DNA of 22,558 nt from Escherichia phage MirsaeidiM_Esher6. Of this stretch, positions 1 through 9,100 are shown in pieces. The stretch lies in sequence record PQ585404. One strand, 5' to 3'. Position numbers and translations under genes: made by a program. Positions within the stretch are counted from its first letter, which is position 1; each line of letters begins with the position of its first letter. The notes below the pieces were generated by a model. The model was not told where the DNA came from, ran no database searches, and saw nothing but the letters and a program-made list of their open reading frames with translations.

Positions 1-1736
1 CCCAGCTCGTCGTCCGTATCGTGAGTCACCCGGACCCCATTGTCCCAGAACTCAGTGTGGATGGACTCGAAGCCTTTCCGTGGGTTCTCCATCTGTTCCT
101 CCAGCCATTCCTCAGTGACTTCACGTTCGCCTTTGTTGGCATCCTTAGCCATCGACTCAACGAAGAACTGTACACCGATAGCCAGCGCATCAAGTCGGTC
201 ATCGTGTGCCAAGGCTCCACGTTCACGAGAGATACGGGTCATCTGGTAGAAGAGAGAGTAGATAGGATTACGCACACCATCCTTATCAGAGGCTGACTGG
301 TAGTCTTGGACTATAGCAGCAGCGTTAACGATAAGCCGGTGAGACCCCATGATAGGCTCCAGAACGTCACAGATGCGGAGTTCTTTCTGACCCTTACTCT
401 TCACTTCAGTTACAGCCGCAGGATGGATACGGGCCGCTACAGGCTTGAATAGCTCAAGGTACATACCATCACCGAAGTTACCCTCAATGACGTATTCGTT
501 GACCTTCCACTTACGACCAATCTTAGCTAGTGCTTCCAGCGTAGAGTCTTCATAACCACCACGCATACCACCAACTTCCATAGCGAAGATGTAGCCGTTG
601 AGCTGATACAGTACCGAATAGCCAGTTTCATCCTTACCACGACCACTAGGGTCAATGACCAGAATCTTCTGGGTGTACGAACTGAAGGCAGAACCTACAG
701 TCTGATACGTGTGGTACGAGTCACCCATGAGTCCAACGTTAGGAACGTCCTCACGCTTGTTCTGAGGGTTCGGTAACCATTGGTAGACCATTGGGCTAGA
801 CGCTGGGTCTAAGTCTGCTACGATAAGGTCACGGAGCTTCAGAGGGTACTTCTCAGCATCACTCAGGTTAGGGTTAAGCATGAACTGTAGAGCGAAGCCA
901 GCTTTGCCATAGGATAGCTCACGTTCCTTCAGGTCCGTATCATCGAATCGTATCTCATCGGTCGGACGCCAGTAGAAGGACTCAGGGTCCTCTTCAAGCT
1001 CTGCCTGAAGCATAGGAGCCAGACGGTCGCCGTAAGACTGCCAGTCCTTCCTGTCGCGTGGATAACGAGCAGGCCAGATAGTAGTGGTGTACCCACGGCC
1101 TTCCAGCTCACGATACAAGGTCATCTCGTTCTGAGGAGTACCCAGATAGATGATTGTGCCTCCGGGCTTCAGGATAGCATCGAACTCTTTCACAAGCTCT
1201 GACAGACGGTCTCGTGCAGCCTGAGTCGCTGAGTTGTTCGGAACCTCCACGTCATCGGCAATCAGGATGTCAGCACGACTACCAGTCAACTGACCAGTGA
1301 TACCAACGGACTTAACCGAAGGTGAGTGGTCTGGCTTGGCTGGCCCAACGTCGAAGCTGATAACCGCATCTCGCTGACCCTGCTTAGGTTTGAGTTCCCG
1401 AAGCTGAGGCATGAGGTCGATGATTCGCTTGATGAAGATGGAGTTAGCATCGGCTCGTTCCTTTGAGGCCGACACAATCATGAACTTCAAGTCTGGGTTG
1501 TTCCATAGCTTCCAGACAACGAAGGCACACGTAATGAAGGACTTCCCGATACCACGGAACGCCTGTAGGATGAAACGCCTGTTGTCCCCAGCCGATAGTT
1601 TCTTCGCCATGTCAATCTGACATCGAGTCGGGACTGGTAGTGACAGAGCTTTCCACAGGACGAACAGGAAGAACACGAAGTCTGCCTTCATACGGGCAGT
1701 CATTAGCGCCTGACGCGCCACTAAATCTTTACTCAA
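1..1736 (-). CDS. gp19: Terminase large subunit (T7 gp19-like), 3' end truncated by the window edge
   Basis: My own minus-strand translation reads [67 protein letters not shown]... and aligns by eye to T7 gp19 along its length. The frame is open to position 1 (last residues ...HDTDDEL). It is missing from the ORF track because its stop lies outside the window. Start is either TTG at 1736 (SD AAGGAGGTGA 6 nt upstream, overlapping the Rz stop) or ATG at 1703. Confidence 0.88.
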   Translation of the reverse strand, partial: MSKDLVARQALMTARMKADFVFFLFVLWKALSLPVPTRCQIDMAKKLSAGDNRRFILQAFRGIGKSFITCAFVVWKLWNNPDLKFMIVSASKERADANSIFIKRIIDLMPQLRELKPKQGQRDAVISFDVGPAKPDHSPSVKSVGITGQLTGSRADILIADDVEVPNNSATQAARDRLSELVKEFDAILKPGGTIIYLGTPQNEMTLYRELEGRGYTTTIWPARYPRDRKDWQSYGDRLAPMLQAELEEDPESFYWRPTDEIRFDDTDLKERELSYGKAGFALQFMLNPNLSDAEKYPLKLRDLIVADLDPASSPMVYQWLPNPQNKREDVPNVGLMGDSYHTYQTVGSAFSSYTQKILVIDPSGRGKDETGYSVLYQLNGYIFAMEVGGMRGGYEDSTLEALAKIGRKWKVNEYVIEGNFGDGMYLELFKPVAARIHPAAVTEVKSKGQKELRICDVLEPIMGSHRLIVNAAAIVQDYQSASDKDGVRNPIYSLFYQMTRISRERGALAHDDRLDALAIGVQFFVESMAKDANKGEREVTEEWLEEQMENPRKGFESIHTEFWDNGVRVTHDTDDEL

Positions 1737-2182
1737 TGCGTCACCTCCTTATCTTGCTGCAAGGCTCTCACAGTGTCCTGAAGGGCCTTAATCCACTTGT
1801 CTCCTTTCACTCCGATGGTGATAAGACGTTTAGCATCTCGTTCGTCAAGTTCGGCGTAACCATCAATGACGCATCGACCGTCACTTTGCGTGGTTCCACT
1901 CGTTGGTTTGACTCGGATGCGCAGCCGCTTATTGTCAGACTGAAGGTCAGCAATAATCCTATCAGTGCTGCCTTCCAGCGAGGACATTTCGTCCTGAAAC
2001 CGTTTGGACACTTTGTTGACTTCAGCTTGGACAGCAAGCCTTTTATCTTCCGATGCCTTAAGATTCGAGGTGTATTCTTCATTGATCTTAGCCTCCCACT
2101 TATTGTTAGCGGTGTGGTAGCCACCAGCAAACATCACTGCTGCAAGTAACCACGGAGCCGCTCTCTTTAAAAATTCGAGCAT
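1733..2182 (-). CDS. gp18.5: Rz-like i-spanin (T7 gp18.5-like)
   Basis: 149 aa with an N-terminal hydrophobic anchor ([15 protein letters not shown]) and a charged periplasmic region. ATG start preceded by GGGAGGG. Sits between small and large terminase genes as in T7. Confidence 0.85.
   Translation of the reverse strand: MLEFLKRAAPWLLAAVMFAGGYHTANNKWEAKINEEYTSNLKASEDKRLAVQAEVNKVSKRFQDEMSSLEGSTDRIIADLQSDNKRLRIRVKPTSGTTQSDGRCVIDGYAELDERDAKRLITIGVKGDKWIKALQDTVRALQQDKEVTH
1807..2130 (-). CDS. gp18.7: Rz1-like o-spanin lipoprotein embedded in the +1 frame of Rz (T7 gp18.7-like); 5' boundary uncertain
   Basis: The alternate frame inside Rz encodes ...[26 protein letters not shown]..., with a lipobox-like ISGC after a hydrophobic stretch. 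No ATG precedes the signal peptide in frame; the track ORF starts at a TTG at 2130. The true start is probably internal and non-canonical. Confidence 0.5.
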   Translation of the reverse strand: MLVATTPLTISGRLRSMKNTPRILRHRKIKGLLSKLKSTKCPNGFRTKCPRWKAALIGLLLTFSLTISGCASESNQRVEPRKVTVDASLMVTPNLTNEMLNVLSPSE

Positions 2183-2283
2183 AGTTGCCCTCCCGGTTTA
2201 TCAGATTTCACGTAGAGTCTCCTCCACTAGTTAGTGTTAACCATAAAGGCCACTACATATAGTAATGACCTTGAGTCTAACAC

Positions 2284-2547
2284 TTATTGAACACCATACC
2301 CGGTGTCATTATCTTCCGTAGCCGAGAGCACCTTATCGTACTCTGCGTTCAGGGACTCCATATCAGCCAGAGTCTTCTCGTCGACAGACACCTTGCTTAG
2401 CACGAAGTTGTGACGAGCCAGTAGCTTCTCAATGGCGTTGTAAAGCTGAGGTGAACGCTTAGTGTCATCCCGCAGGTCTTGCAGCATGAGTCGAGCACGT
2501 TCAGTATCTAGCATCAAGAGGAACTTCTCTAAGTCCATCTGCGTCAT
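2284..2547 (-). CDS. gp18: Terminase small subunit / DNA maturation protein A (T7 gp18-like)
   Basis: 87 aa at the T7 gene 18 position and size. ATG start overlaps the holin stop as ATGA, with SD AGGAGGAGG upstream. Confidence 0.75.
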   Translation of the reverse strand: MTQMDLEKFLLMLDTERARLMLQDLRDDTKRSPQLYNAIEKLLARHNFVLSKVSVDEKTLADMESLNAEYDKVLSATEDNDTGYGVQ

Positions 2548-2741
2548 GTTTTACCACCTCCTCCTTTAATCGTTTTGTAGACTAGCACACCAATCTGGAC
2601 AACGGTGTACGCGATAGCTGCAACGTAGAACCATTCGTTAAGTGTGAGCCCGAAGAAGAACCGACTGGCACCATCAGCCGCAGCGGTCCCGACTATAGGA
2701 GAGGCTTTAAGGACCTCATTCTTGAAGTCTAACTCAATCAT
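2544..2741 (-). CDS. gp17.5: Class II holin (T7 gp17.5-like)
   Basis: 65 aa; central ...FFFGLTLNEWFYVAAIAYTVVQIG... is nearly identical to the T7 holin core. SD GGAGG upstream of ATG. Confidence 0.88.
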   Translation of the reverse strand: MIELDFKNEVLKASPIVGTAAADGASRFFFGLTLNEWFYVAAIAYTVVQIGVLVYKTIKGGGGKT

Positions 2742-2850
2742 AAAACCTCCAGTTTAAAGCGGGTCGTCCGTGACCCAAAGTTGTTACCATACGTTGGTTA
2801 GCGTGTAGTTAGCCTCTACCCCACCAACTTAATGGCAAAGGGTTTGTTTA

Positions 2851-5800
2851 TTACTTCTGTTCAAGAGCAGAAAGTCTGGCTTCGATTCTTTCCAGTTTTC
2901 TTCTCTGATAAGCGGCTTCAGCAAAGAAAATTCCGTCAGGCCGAACACCCCACTCCTCACCCTCTTCGTGAATAACCACCTCGGTGTACACAGGTTCTTC
3001 CGTAGTAGTGACATTACCCTCCTCGTCAGTGTGTTCAATGATTTCATTGTGCGAAAATACCGTATCGGTCATCCGTGGATACTTGTCATAGCACAGAACA
3101 GCATAACGACAATTCGTACTGTTTTCATCCATCAGACCATGTGCAATGAATACATCACGAATTTGCTGAGCAATAACCCCGAAGTGAATACGAGCATCAT
3201 TGCCTTTCAGTTGAACAGCATCTAACCACTGGTACATGATGTAGTGAACGTCACCCCAGGCATCTAGGAAAGCATCATCAAAAACTACCGGCTCTGTTTT
3301 CCTCTCCCCGTTAGAAGTAACAATAGGGTTACTTCCTAGGTATGCAGTGGAGAAACGGTTGCTAGGCCCACCAAGCGCAGTGACGTTATCGTTATAAGGC
3401 TTAACATCAGCAGTCTGGAACAGGTGCTCAGCTCCGTTGTAAACTATCCGCCTTGAGTCGGTGTTATTTGCACCATAAAGCGTAATCTGTGCGCCAGAAG
3501 AAGAACTGGTACTGTCGCCTCCGCAAAATATGGTGCGCTGCCCTGCAGGGTTATCAGTCGGTATAGATTTCCCGATAAACCCATATTCACCTTCCATTAA
3601 AACTTCAGAGCGAATGTTACTACTGGTGCTGGCTCTAATGGTCACATGACCTAAACCCAAATCCCCTGTAAATTCCATTGGCGCAGGAACAGTGCGAATC
3701 CCATTCGTATCAAAAAACACGGGAACAGCTCTGTTAGGTACAGCACCATACCTGAAATCACGGGAAACATGATTGCTTGGGCCAATCTTCATTTTGTAGC
3801 AATACAAATCTGAGGGATGACCATCCGATTTGAATGGGTCCTTCGCTGAGTTATCTCCATATGTCCATGGGTTAAAATGGTCCTCTCCACCAAACATGTA
3901 GTAGATGTAATTATCCTTCACAACTACCGAACCAACACCTACACCTGAGTTAACTATTCCGCCCTGATAAATCTGGTCAGTGATGTTAACCAATTCAATA
4001 TCATCTGCATTCCAATTGTTTACATTCAAGCGTGCATAGAAGGTGCGAGGATAAGATGCCTTGTAACGATCATCTGGTGCACCTGCTTCCCATTCATTTT
4101 CTGCACGTTCTGAACCAAACATAATAAGGTCATCCCCTACTTTAGCAAAAGGTAATGTAGTATGATGAACATTATGTGGAAATCTCAGTGACTCCCAAGT
4201 CTGACCTATGTCTCTACTACGATGCAAAGAGCTACCTAGTCTATCCCCACGAGTACCACGAGTGATAAGATACAATACACCATCATAGTACTTGATGCAC
4301 GGTTCTGATGCATCTGGTTCATACTCAGCTGGTATCTGACGACGAACATAGTTAGCTGGATTGTCGAAAGCATTAGGGAAGTAGAAGAGTCCAACTTCGC
4401 GTGGGGCTACATCGCCTTGATGATAACCCATAACAAAGCCATTGTTATCAATAGTAGCAAAGCTATGCACCTCTGTTACACGAGGGATTAGACCGAGGTC
4501 TGTCTTACGCCATGGAGACTTATGGAAAGACGTACCCATGTGCCAATTCTTTCCAGCGTTATTCAAATCTGAAGTCTGCTGGTTGGGTGTAAGAACCGTG
4601 AAGTTGTCCTTATCTATTACGGTTGCAACAGTCATATCACCGGATACACCTGTTACCGCAGAATTAGAGAAGTTAACAAAATCACCCACGAATAGTCCGT
4701 GGTCTGGTACATGTATTGTTGCATATCGCTGATTTGCAGCTTTAGTGATACCACCAGTAAGATGCAGGCTACGAGACATGGGGCGATCCCACAATGCACA
4801 ATTGGTTAATTCGTTCTTGGCTAAAGTACGTGTTTCAATCATGGCAAACAGACGGTTGCGACATACACCCATGCTCATACAGTGATAGTTCACTGTAGGG
4901 TAATCTGGATGCAGATCAGTTAACCACTCTGGAGTAGACCATGTTTGACCATCATCACCAGACTTAACCCATGATACATGCAGACGACTAACACCATGAC
5001 GATCGCCACCCATGTAAGGTGCATATATCACATTATCATATACGAACGCTTTATCCTGAGGCCACGCATTGTAATAAGGGGTGTCCGTTATTTTGAATAA
5101 CTCCCCCTGAACAAATTCCTCAGAGGCATAATAAAGAGGTTGTCCGGGAATGCGCTCATAAAGGAAACGAGTGTTGATGAAGCGACTAATGTCAGGCAGG
5201 GATGTGACCTTATATGTCTTCCCATTGCCATTAATCTTTTGTCCAACCGGTATGTCGTTTAATGCGCTCGTTAACGCTGCTGTATCATCAGTGACACCAT
5301 CCCCTTTAGCACCCCAACCACGAACATCATTTTCATCAAGCCAGCGTGCTCTATGTAATTCAGGGTAGAGTATTGCCCCTTCCGGGTTTGAAATCTGACT
5401 TCTTAAAGCAGCATCACCAACACTAACCCACGCACCTAATCCAATCCCACCAGAAGTTTCAGGAGTTGAACCAGCAGGAACGTTCTTTGGAAGCGTACCA
5501 TCCCAGCGGTAATAATCACCATCCTCTTCCCATAGCAGGACCTCGCTCCATGTTGTAACGTTGTAGCCTTTCTCGAAGGAGCGACGGGTCATATAGCCAA
5601 TTAGACCAGCTTCCCTGATACTCTCAGCGATTCGGCGTGCTTCGTCCTCGCTATCCTTAGCGTTGCCAGCAGAGCTACCAGCAGCATCGGCATATTCCTT
5701 CGCTAAGTCAACCGTTTGGTCTCGACCTTCTTCTGCAATATGGATAGCCTGAAGCTCTGAATTGGTCAGGTCACTAGCTGTCAACACTGAGCCATTCCTG

Positions 5801-6045
5801 AAGTCTACCACTAAGTCAGTTCCAGTCTGACGGTGAATACGAACGATGTCGAAACCTGATTGGTCAACCAACATCTCAATCATCGTTGGATTAAGGAATC
5901 GGTAATCTCGACCAACTTCCAGTACACGGTTCAGGGTAGGGTTAGAGCTATTCACCAGCGTAACAACAACAAACGTTCTGGCTAGGTAATCGAACTCAAT
6001 CCTGTACTGAGTGTTCCCTGAAGGGAATTGTGTAATCGTGGACAT
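2851..6045 (-). CDS. gp17: Tail fiber / tailspike with endosialidase (endo-N-acetylneuraminidase) catalytic region and C-terminal intramolecular chaperone domain
   Basis: 1064 aa. The N-terminal ~150 aa (MSTITQFPSGNTQYRIEFDYLARTFVVVTLVNSSN...) is a T7 gp17-like tail-attachment domain. Length 1064 and Ser911/Lys916 (...VTS-NGERK..., by my count) match what I recall of K1F endoNF. ATG start with SD AGGAGG. Confidence 0.85.
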   Translation of the reverse strand: MSTITQFPSGNTQYRIEFDYLARTFVVVTLVNSSNPTLNRVLEVGRDYRFLNPTMIEMLVDQSGFDIVRIHRQTGTDLVVDFRNGSVLTASDLTNSELQAIHIAEEGRDQTVDLAKEYADAAGSSAGNAKDSEDEARRIAESIREAGLIGYMTRRSFEKGYNVTTWSEVLLWEEDGDYYRWDGTLPKNVPAGSTPETSGGIGLGAWVSVGDAALRSQISNPEGAILYPELHRARWLDENDVRGWGAKGDGVTDDTAALTSALNDIPVGQKINGNGKTYKVTSLPDISRFINTRFLYERIPGQPLYYASEEFVQGELFKITDTPYYNAWPQDKAFVYDNVIYAPYMGGDRHGVSRLHVSWVKSGDDGQTWSTPEWLTDLHPDYPTVNYHCMSMGVCRNRLFAMIETRTLAKNELTNCALWDRPMSRSLHLTGGITKAANQRYATIHVPDHGLFVGDFVNFSNSAVTGVSGDMTVATVIDKDNFTVLTPNQQTSDLNNAGKNWHMGTSFHKSPWRKTDLGLIPRVTEVHSFATIDNNGFVMGYHQGDVAPREVGLFYFPNAFDNPANYVRRQIPAEYEPDASEPCIKYYDGVLYLITRGTRGDRLGSSLHRSRDIGQTWESLRFPHNVHHTTLPFAKVGDDLIMFGSERAENEWEAGAPDDRYKASYPRTFYARLNVNNWNADDIELVNITDQIYQGGIVNSGVGVGSVVVKDNYIYYMFGGEDHFNPWTYGDNSAKDPFKSDGHPSDLYCYKMKIGPSNHVSRDFRYGAVPNRAVPVFFDTNGIRTVPAPMEFTGDLGLGHVTIRASTSSNIRSEVLMEGEYGFIGKSIPTDNPAGQRTIFCGGDSTSSSSGAQITLYGANNTDSRRIVYNGAEHLFQTADVKPYNDNVTALGGPSNRFSTAYLGSNPIVTSNGERKTEPVVFDDAFLDAWGDVHYIMYQWLDAVQLKGNDARIHFGVIAQQIRDVFIAHGLMDENSTNCRYAVLCYDKYPRMTDTVFSHNEIIEHTDEEGNVTTTEEPVYTEVVIHEEGEEWGVRPDGIFFAEAAYQRRKLERIEARLSALEQK

Positions 6046-6092
6046 TATGCCTCCTGTTATGAATTAAAAGGAGACCTATGGTAGCGCCTCCA

Positions 6093-6115
6093 GTTTCCTA
6101 TAGTGATAGTTTAGT
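6093..6115 (-). promoter_or_regulatory. Phage RNAP promoter upstream of gene 17 (phi17-like)
   Basis: Minus strand reads ACTAAACTATCACTATA|GGAAAC, one of five copies of the same 17-mer followed by G. Overlaps the gene 16 stop codon. Confidence 0.8.
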
Positions 6116-9100
6116 CCTTGATGTGGATGCCCTGCTCCTCAAACGTTCCAAGCAACAGCTTCTGGGTAATGGGGTCGTTCGGAACCAGTTCACGGAACGT
6201 GTTATACATCCCGGTCATGTAGTCTCGCTCGTTGACACGGGTATCAGCCTTGAGGTAGCCAGCCAAGTTGTAAGCAGAAACGCCAACGTTAGCAGCATAT
6301 CCGAAAGCTGGAACCTGCTCCAAGAAGTTACCAACAACATTCATCACAGGGTCACTTGTAGCCGCACCAAACGTGATGGCACGTTCAGGCTTCTCTGTAG
6401 GCGAACGAGGAAGGATAGACGAGCGGAGTAACTTAGTGTCCTCATACCCAGCGATGCCACCCAGAATGTTGGCGACCCCAAGAGGTCCACCCAAGTGGGA
6501 GCTACGGGATAGAGCCGCATAGCCAATCATCGTCGGGTTCAGGGCTTGCTTCAGGTACTCACGGTCACGACCGTCCTGCATAGCGTAAGCCTTGATGTGC
6601 GCCTGAGCCATGTAGTACATCCCAGCCAGACCCATAGAGATCACAGTGGACAGTGCAGCATCCATAGCTCGGTTGTTCTTGGTGGCGTTGTAGAAGGTAC
6701 GCATGGTTCGACCGTTGATAGACTTGATAACGTAGTTCTTAAACTGCAAGACAGTCTTCGCTATCGGACCATAAGCCTTGGCGTCCATGTTGCTCAGCTT
6801 GTGGGGACGGAGCAGGGTCTCATCAGCGATGGTGTCACCCATACGCCAGAGGTCCATAGCCCTTGGGTCCTGACTGAACGCCTTCTTATCCTTGATGGTG
6901 TACTTCCCGTCTGGACCACGCGTCACTGACTCACGGATGAGGGACTTAATGCCCTTCCACTGCTCGTCAGAGATACCAGCGGTCTTCAGCCAGCGGTCAT
7001 CGAACTTACGCTTACTACCAGTCAGGCTATGCTCCACGATGTCAGACAGGAAGCCTTGACGTCCAGCATCTAACAGGTAGTTGGTCGTACCGTTGAGGAC
7101 TTTAGTGAACGGAGAGCGTACTGCAAGTTCGCCAGTGTAATACTTGGCAGTCCCCAGAGCTGTAGCTGTACCACGACCGAGGTCACTGTAAGATCGCAGA
7201 CGGTCAATGACATCCTGTTTAGACGGACGGATTGAGTCATCCAGTTCCTTACCGAAGATAACATTGTGCAGGTCCTTAATCTCTGAGGCCCCAACCTTCT
7301 TGTTACGGAAGGCTAGGTCACGGAAAATTGGGACTCCATGCAGCATTGCACGAACGTTGCCACGAGCCAGCATACCACCAATCTCCGTTAAGTTCTGAAC
7401 ACCCATGTAGGCATTCTTAGCGAAGAACGATAGGTCTGTCATTGTGCGCATCACGGTAGCGAAGGCTGCATCATCAGCACCATCACGTCGAGCACGACCA
7501 GTTAGAATCTTCAAGGTGTCACGTAAGGTAGATACTTCACCTTTCAACTTACCGTCATCCCCAGCCTTGTTCATCATGGTCTCAACCAAGTCCTTCATGT
7601 CCTTCGTGGTTTTGCCTGTACCAGCCATGATAGCAATATCGCCATTAATTCGACGGTTGTAGGCCGGGACAATCTTGTCCATGTCCCACTCACGCAGGTT
7701 GTTGACACTGAAGGTCTGACCATTAGGTAGGACGATTGACATATCGCTATCGAACAGGTTACGAGCCTCAAGGAAGCTGTTGTTCTCCAGACCCACCAGA
7801 CCATTGATGTTCTCTTCCATTACGGATGAACGCTCGAACTGCTCGGTGTGAGAGATACCATAAGCCTTATCGTTGGCGTACTTATCGACCGCAGCCGCAA
7901 GTCCTTCTGGAGTCAACGTAGGATCAGCCTCTAAGAGTGCCTCGTCCACACGTTTCTTGACCTCAGGTCGAGACGCATAGCTGGTCAACCATGACTTCTT
8001 GATGGCCTCCTGTAGTGCCTCTGGACTCCCAAGCTCCTTGATGTATAGCTCCTTCATCTGGTTGCTATACACATGCGGGACGTAGGTTCCCTTGAAGCGG
8101 CTGCCCGGAAAGATAGACTGAGCGTCTGGCCGACCAAACATAGCTGGGTTCTCCATCATCTCACGCTTGGCGTCAAACTGGTTCTTCAGTAGGTCATAGA
8201 CTTTAAGTTCTCCCGGAGTAAGTTCAGCCTTCAGGTTTCCGCTGCCATCTTCGATAGCCATAGACACGCGCTGGTAGATGTCCTGACGGAATGCTCCAGA
8301 GTCTCGCCAGAATGCTGTCTGGAAGTACGGGTCCTTCAGTGCCTCAGTAACCGCATCATCGATGTCGTTGTAGAACCGATGGTCCACAGCACGCAGTCTC
8401 TCGAATACGTCTGACGCAGTGGTCCCGATTTTACCTGAGGCCCCTGACTGCATACCAGTCGGTGAACGCACTAAGTCAGCAGCTACTCCACGAATCTCAG
8501 GGTTCTCAGACCGAAGCAGCTTCAGGCCAATCTCGGTAAGTCCACCAAGGTTCACACCAGCAGCGGCACGTTCTGGCTCAATCACTTCGTCAAAGACCTT
8601 ACGTGTCTTAGGGTTCAGAGGGTTCTCACCAATCAGGATTGAACCATCTTCCAGTCGTACACTACCCTGCTCATTCGGAACGTCAGCGAACTTAACTCCT
8701 TGATGACTAAAGGTCTGCTCACCTTCCTGAATAGGGAGACGAGACAGGTCCTGACCATCAATGTTACGAGCGGTCTCACGAGCTTCCAGACGTGTAGCTG
8801 GGCCAGCGAACTCATTAGTGTTGCGACCTAAGGCTCTGCCTAACCCATCAGCGATAGCAGTCATACCACCACCGAAGAGAGCACCACCAAGGATAGCTTC
8901 AGCCACATGAGTATCGCCACCAGCCACTGAGGTACGGGCCATCTCGGACACACCAGCAAGTGCTCCAGATTGAGCAGCCACGGTGAACATCTTGTTGACC
9001 AGCTTCGCACCTTTGCCAACCTGTCCAGCGATAGGAACGTAGGTCAGCGGGTCTACACCAGCACCAATCACACCAGCTGCTAACTGAGCACCAGTCCCAG

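Noticed and set aside
21-296. Plus-strand ORFs (91 and 69 aa) and a 66-aa minus-strand ORF at the window start
   Set aside because: They overlap the well-supported terminase large subunit frame; the proteins have no recognisable features.
1640-2149. 169-aa plus-strand ORF opposite Rz/Rz1
   Set aside because: Antisense to the spanin genes, whose two nested frames already explain the constraint; no SD.
2183-2283. Promoter-like TATAGT motif (ccactacatatagtaatgacc) between genes 18 and 18.5
   Set aside because: It lacks the AACTATCACTATAGG core shared by the five clear promoters and matches only the TATAG pentamer.
2742-2850. 17-codon ORF and short GGGTC...GACCC inverted repeat in the gene 17 / 17.5 spacer
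   Set aside because: The ORF has no SD and is trivially short; the 5-bp stem has no following U-tract, so there is no support for a terminator.
2829-3047. 72-aa minus-strand ORF overlapping the 3' end of gene 17
   Set aside because: Alternative frame wholly inside the chaperone-domain coding region; no independent start signals.
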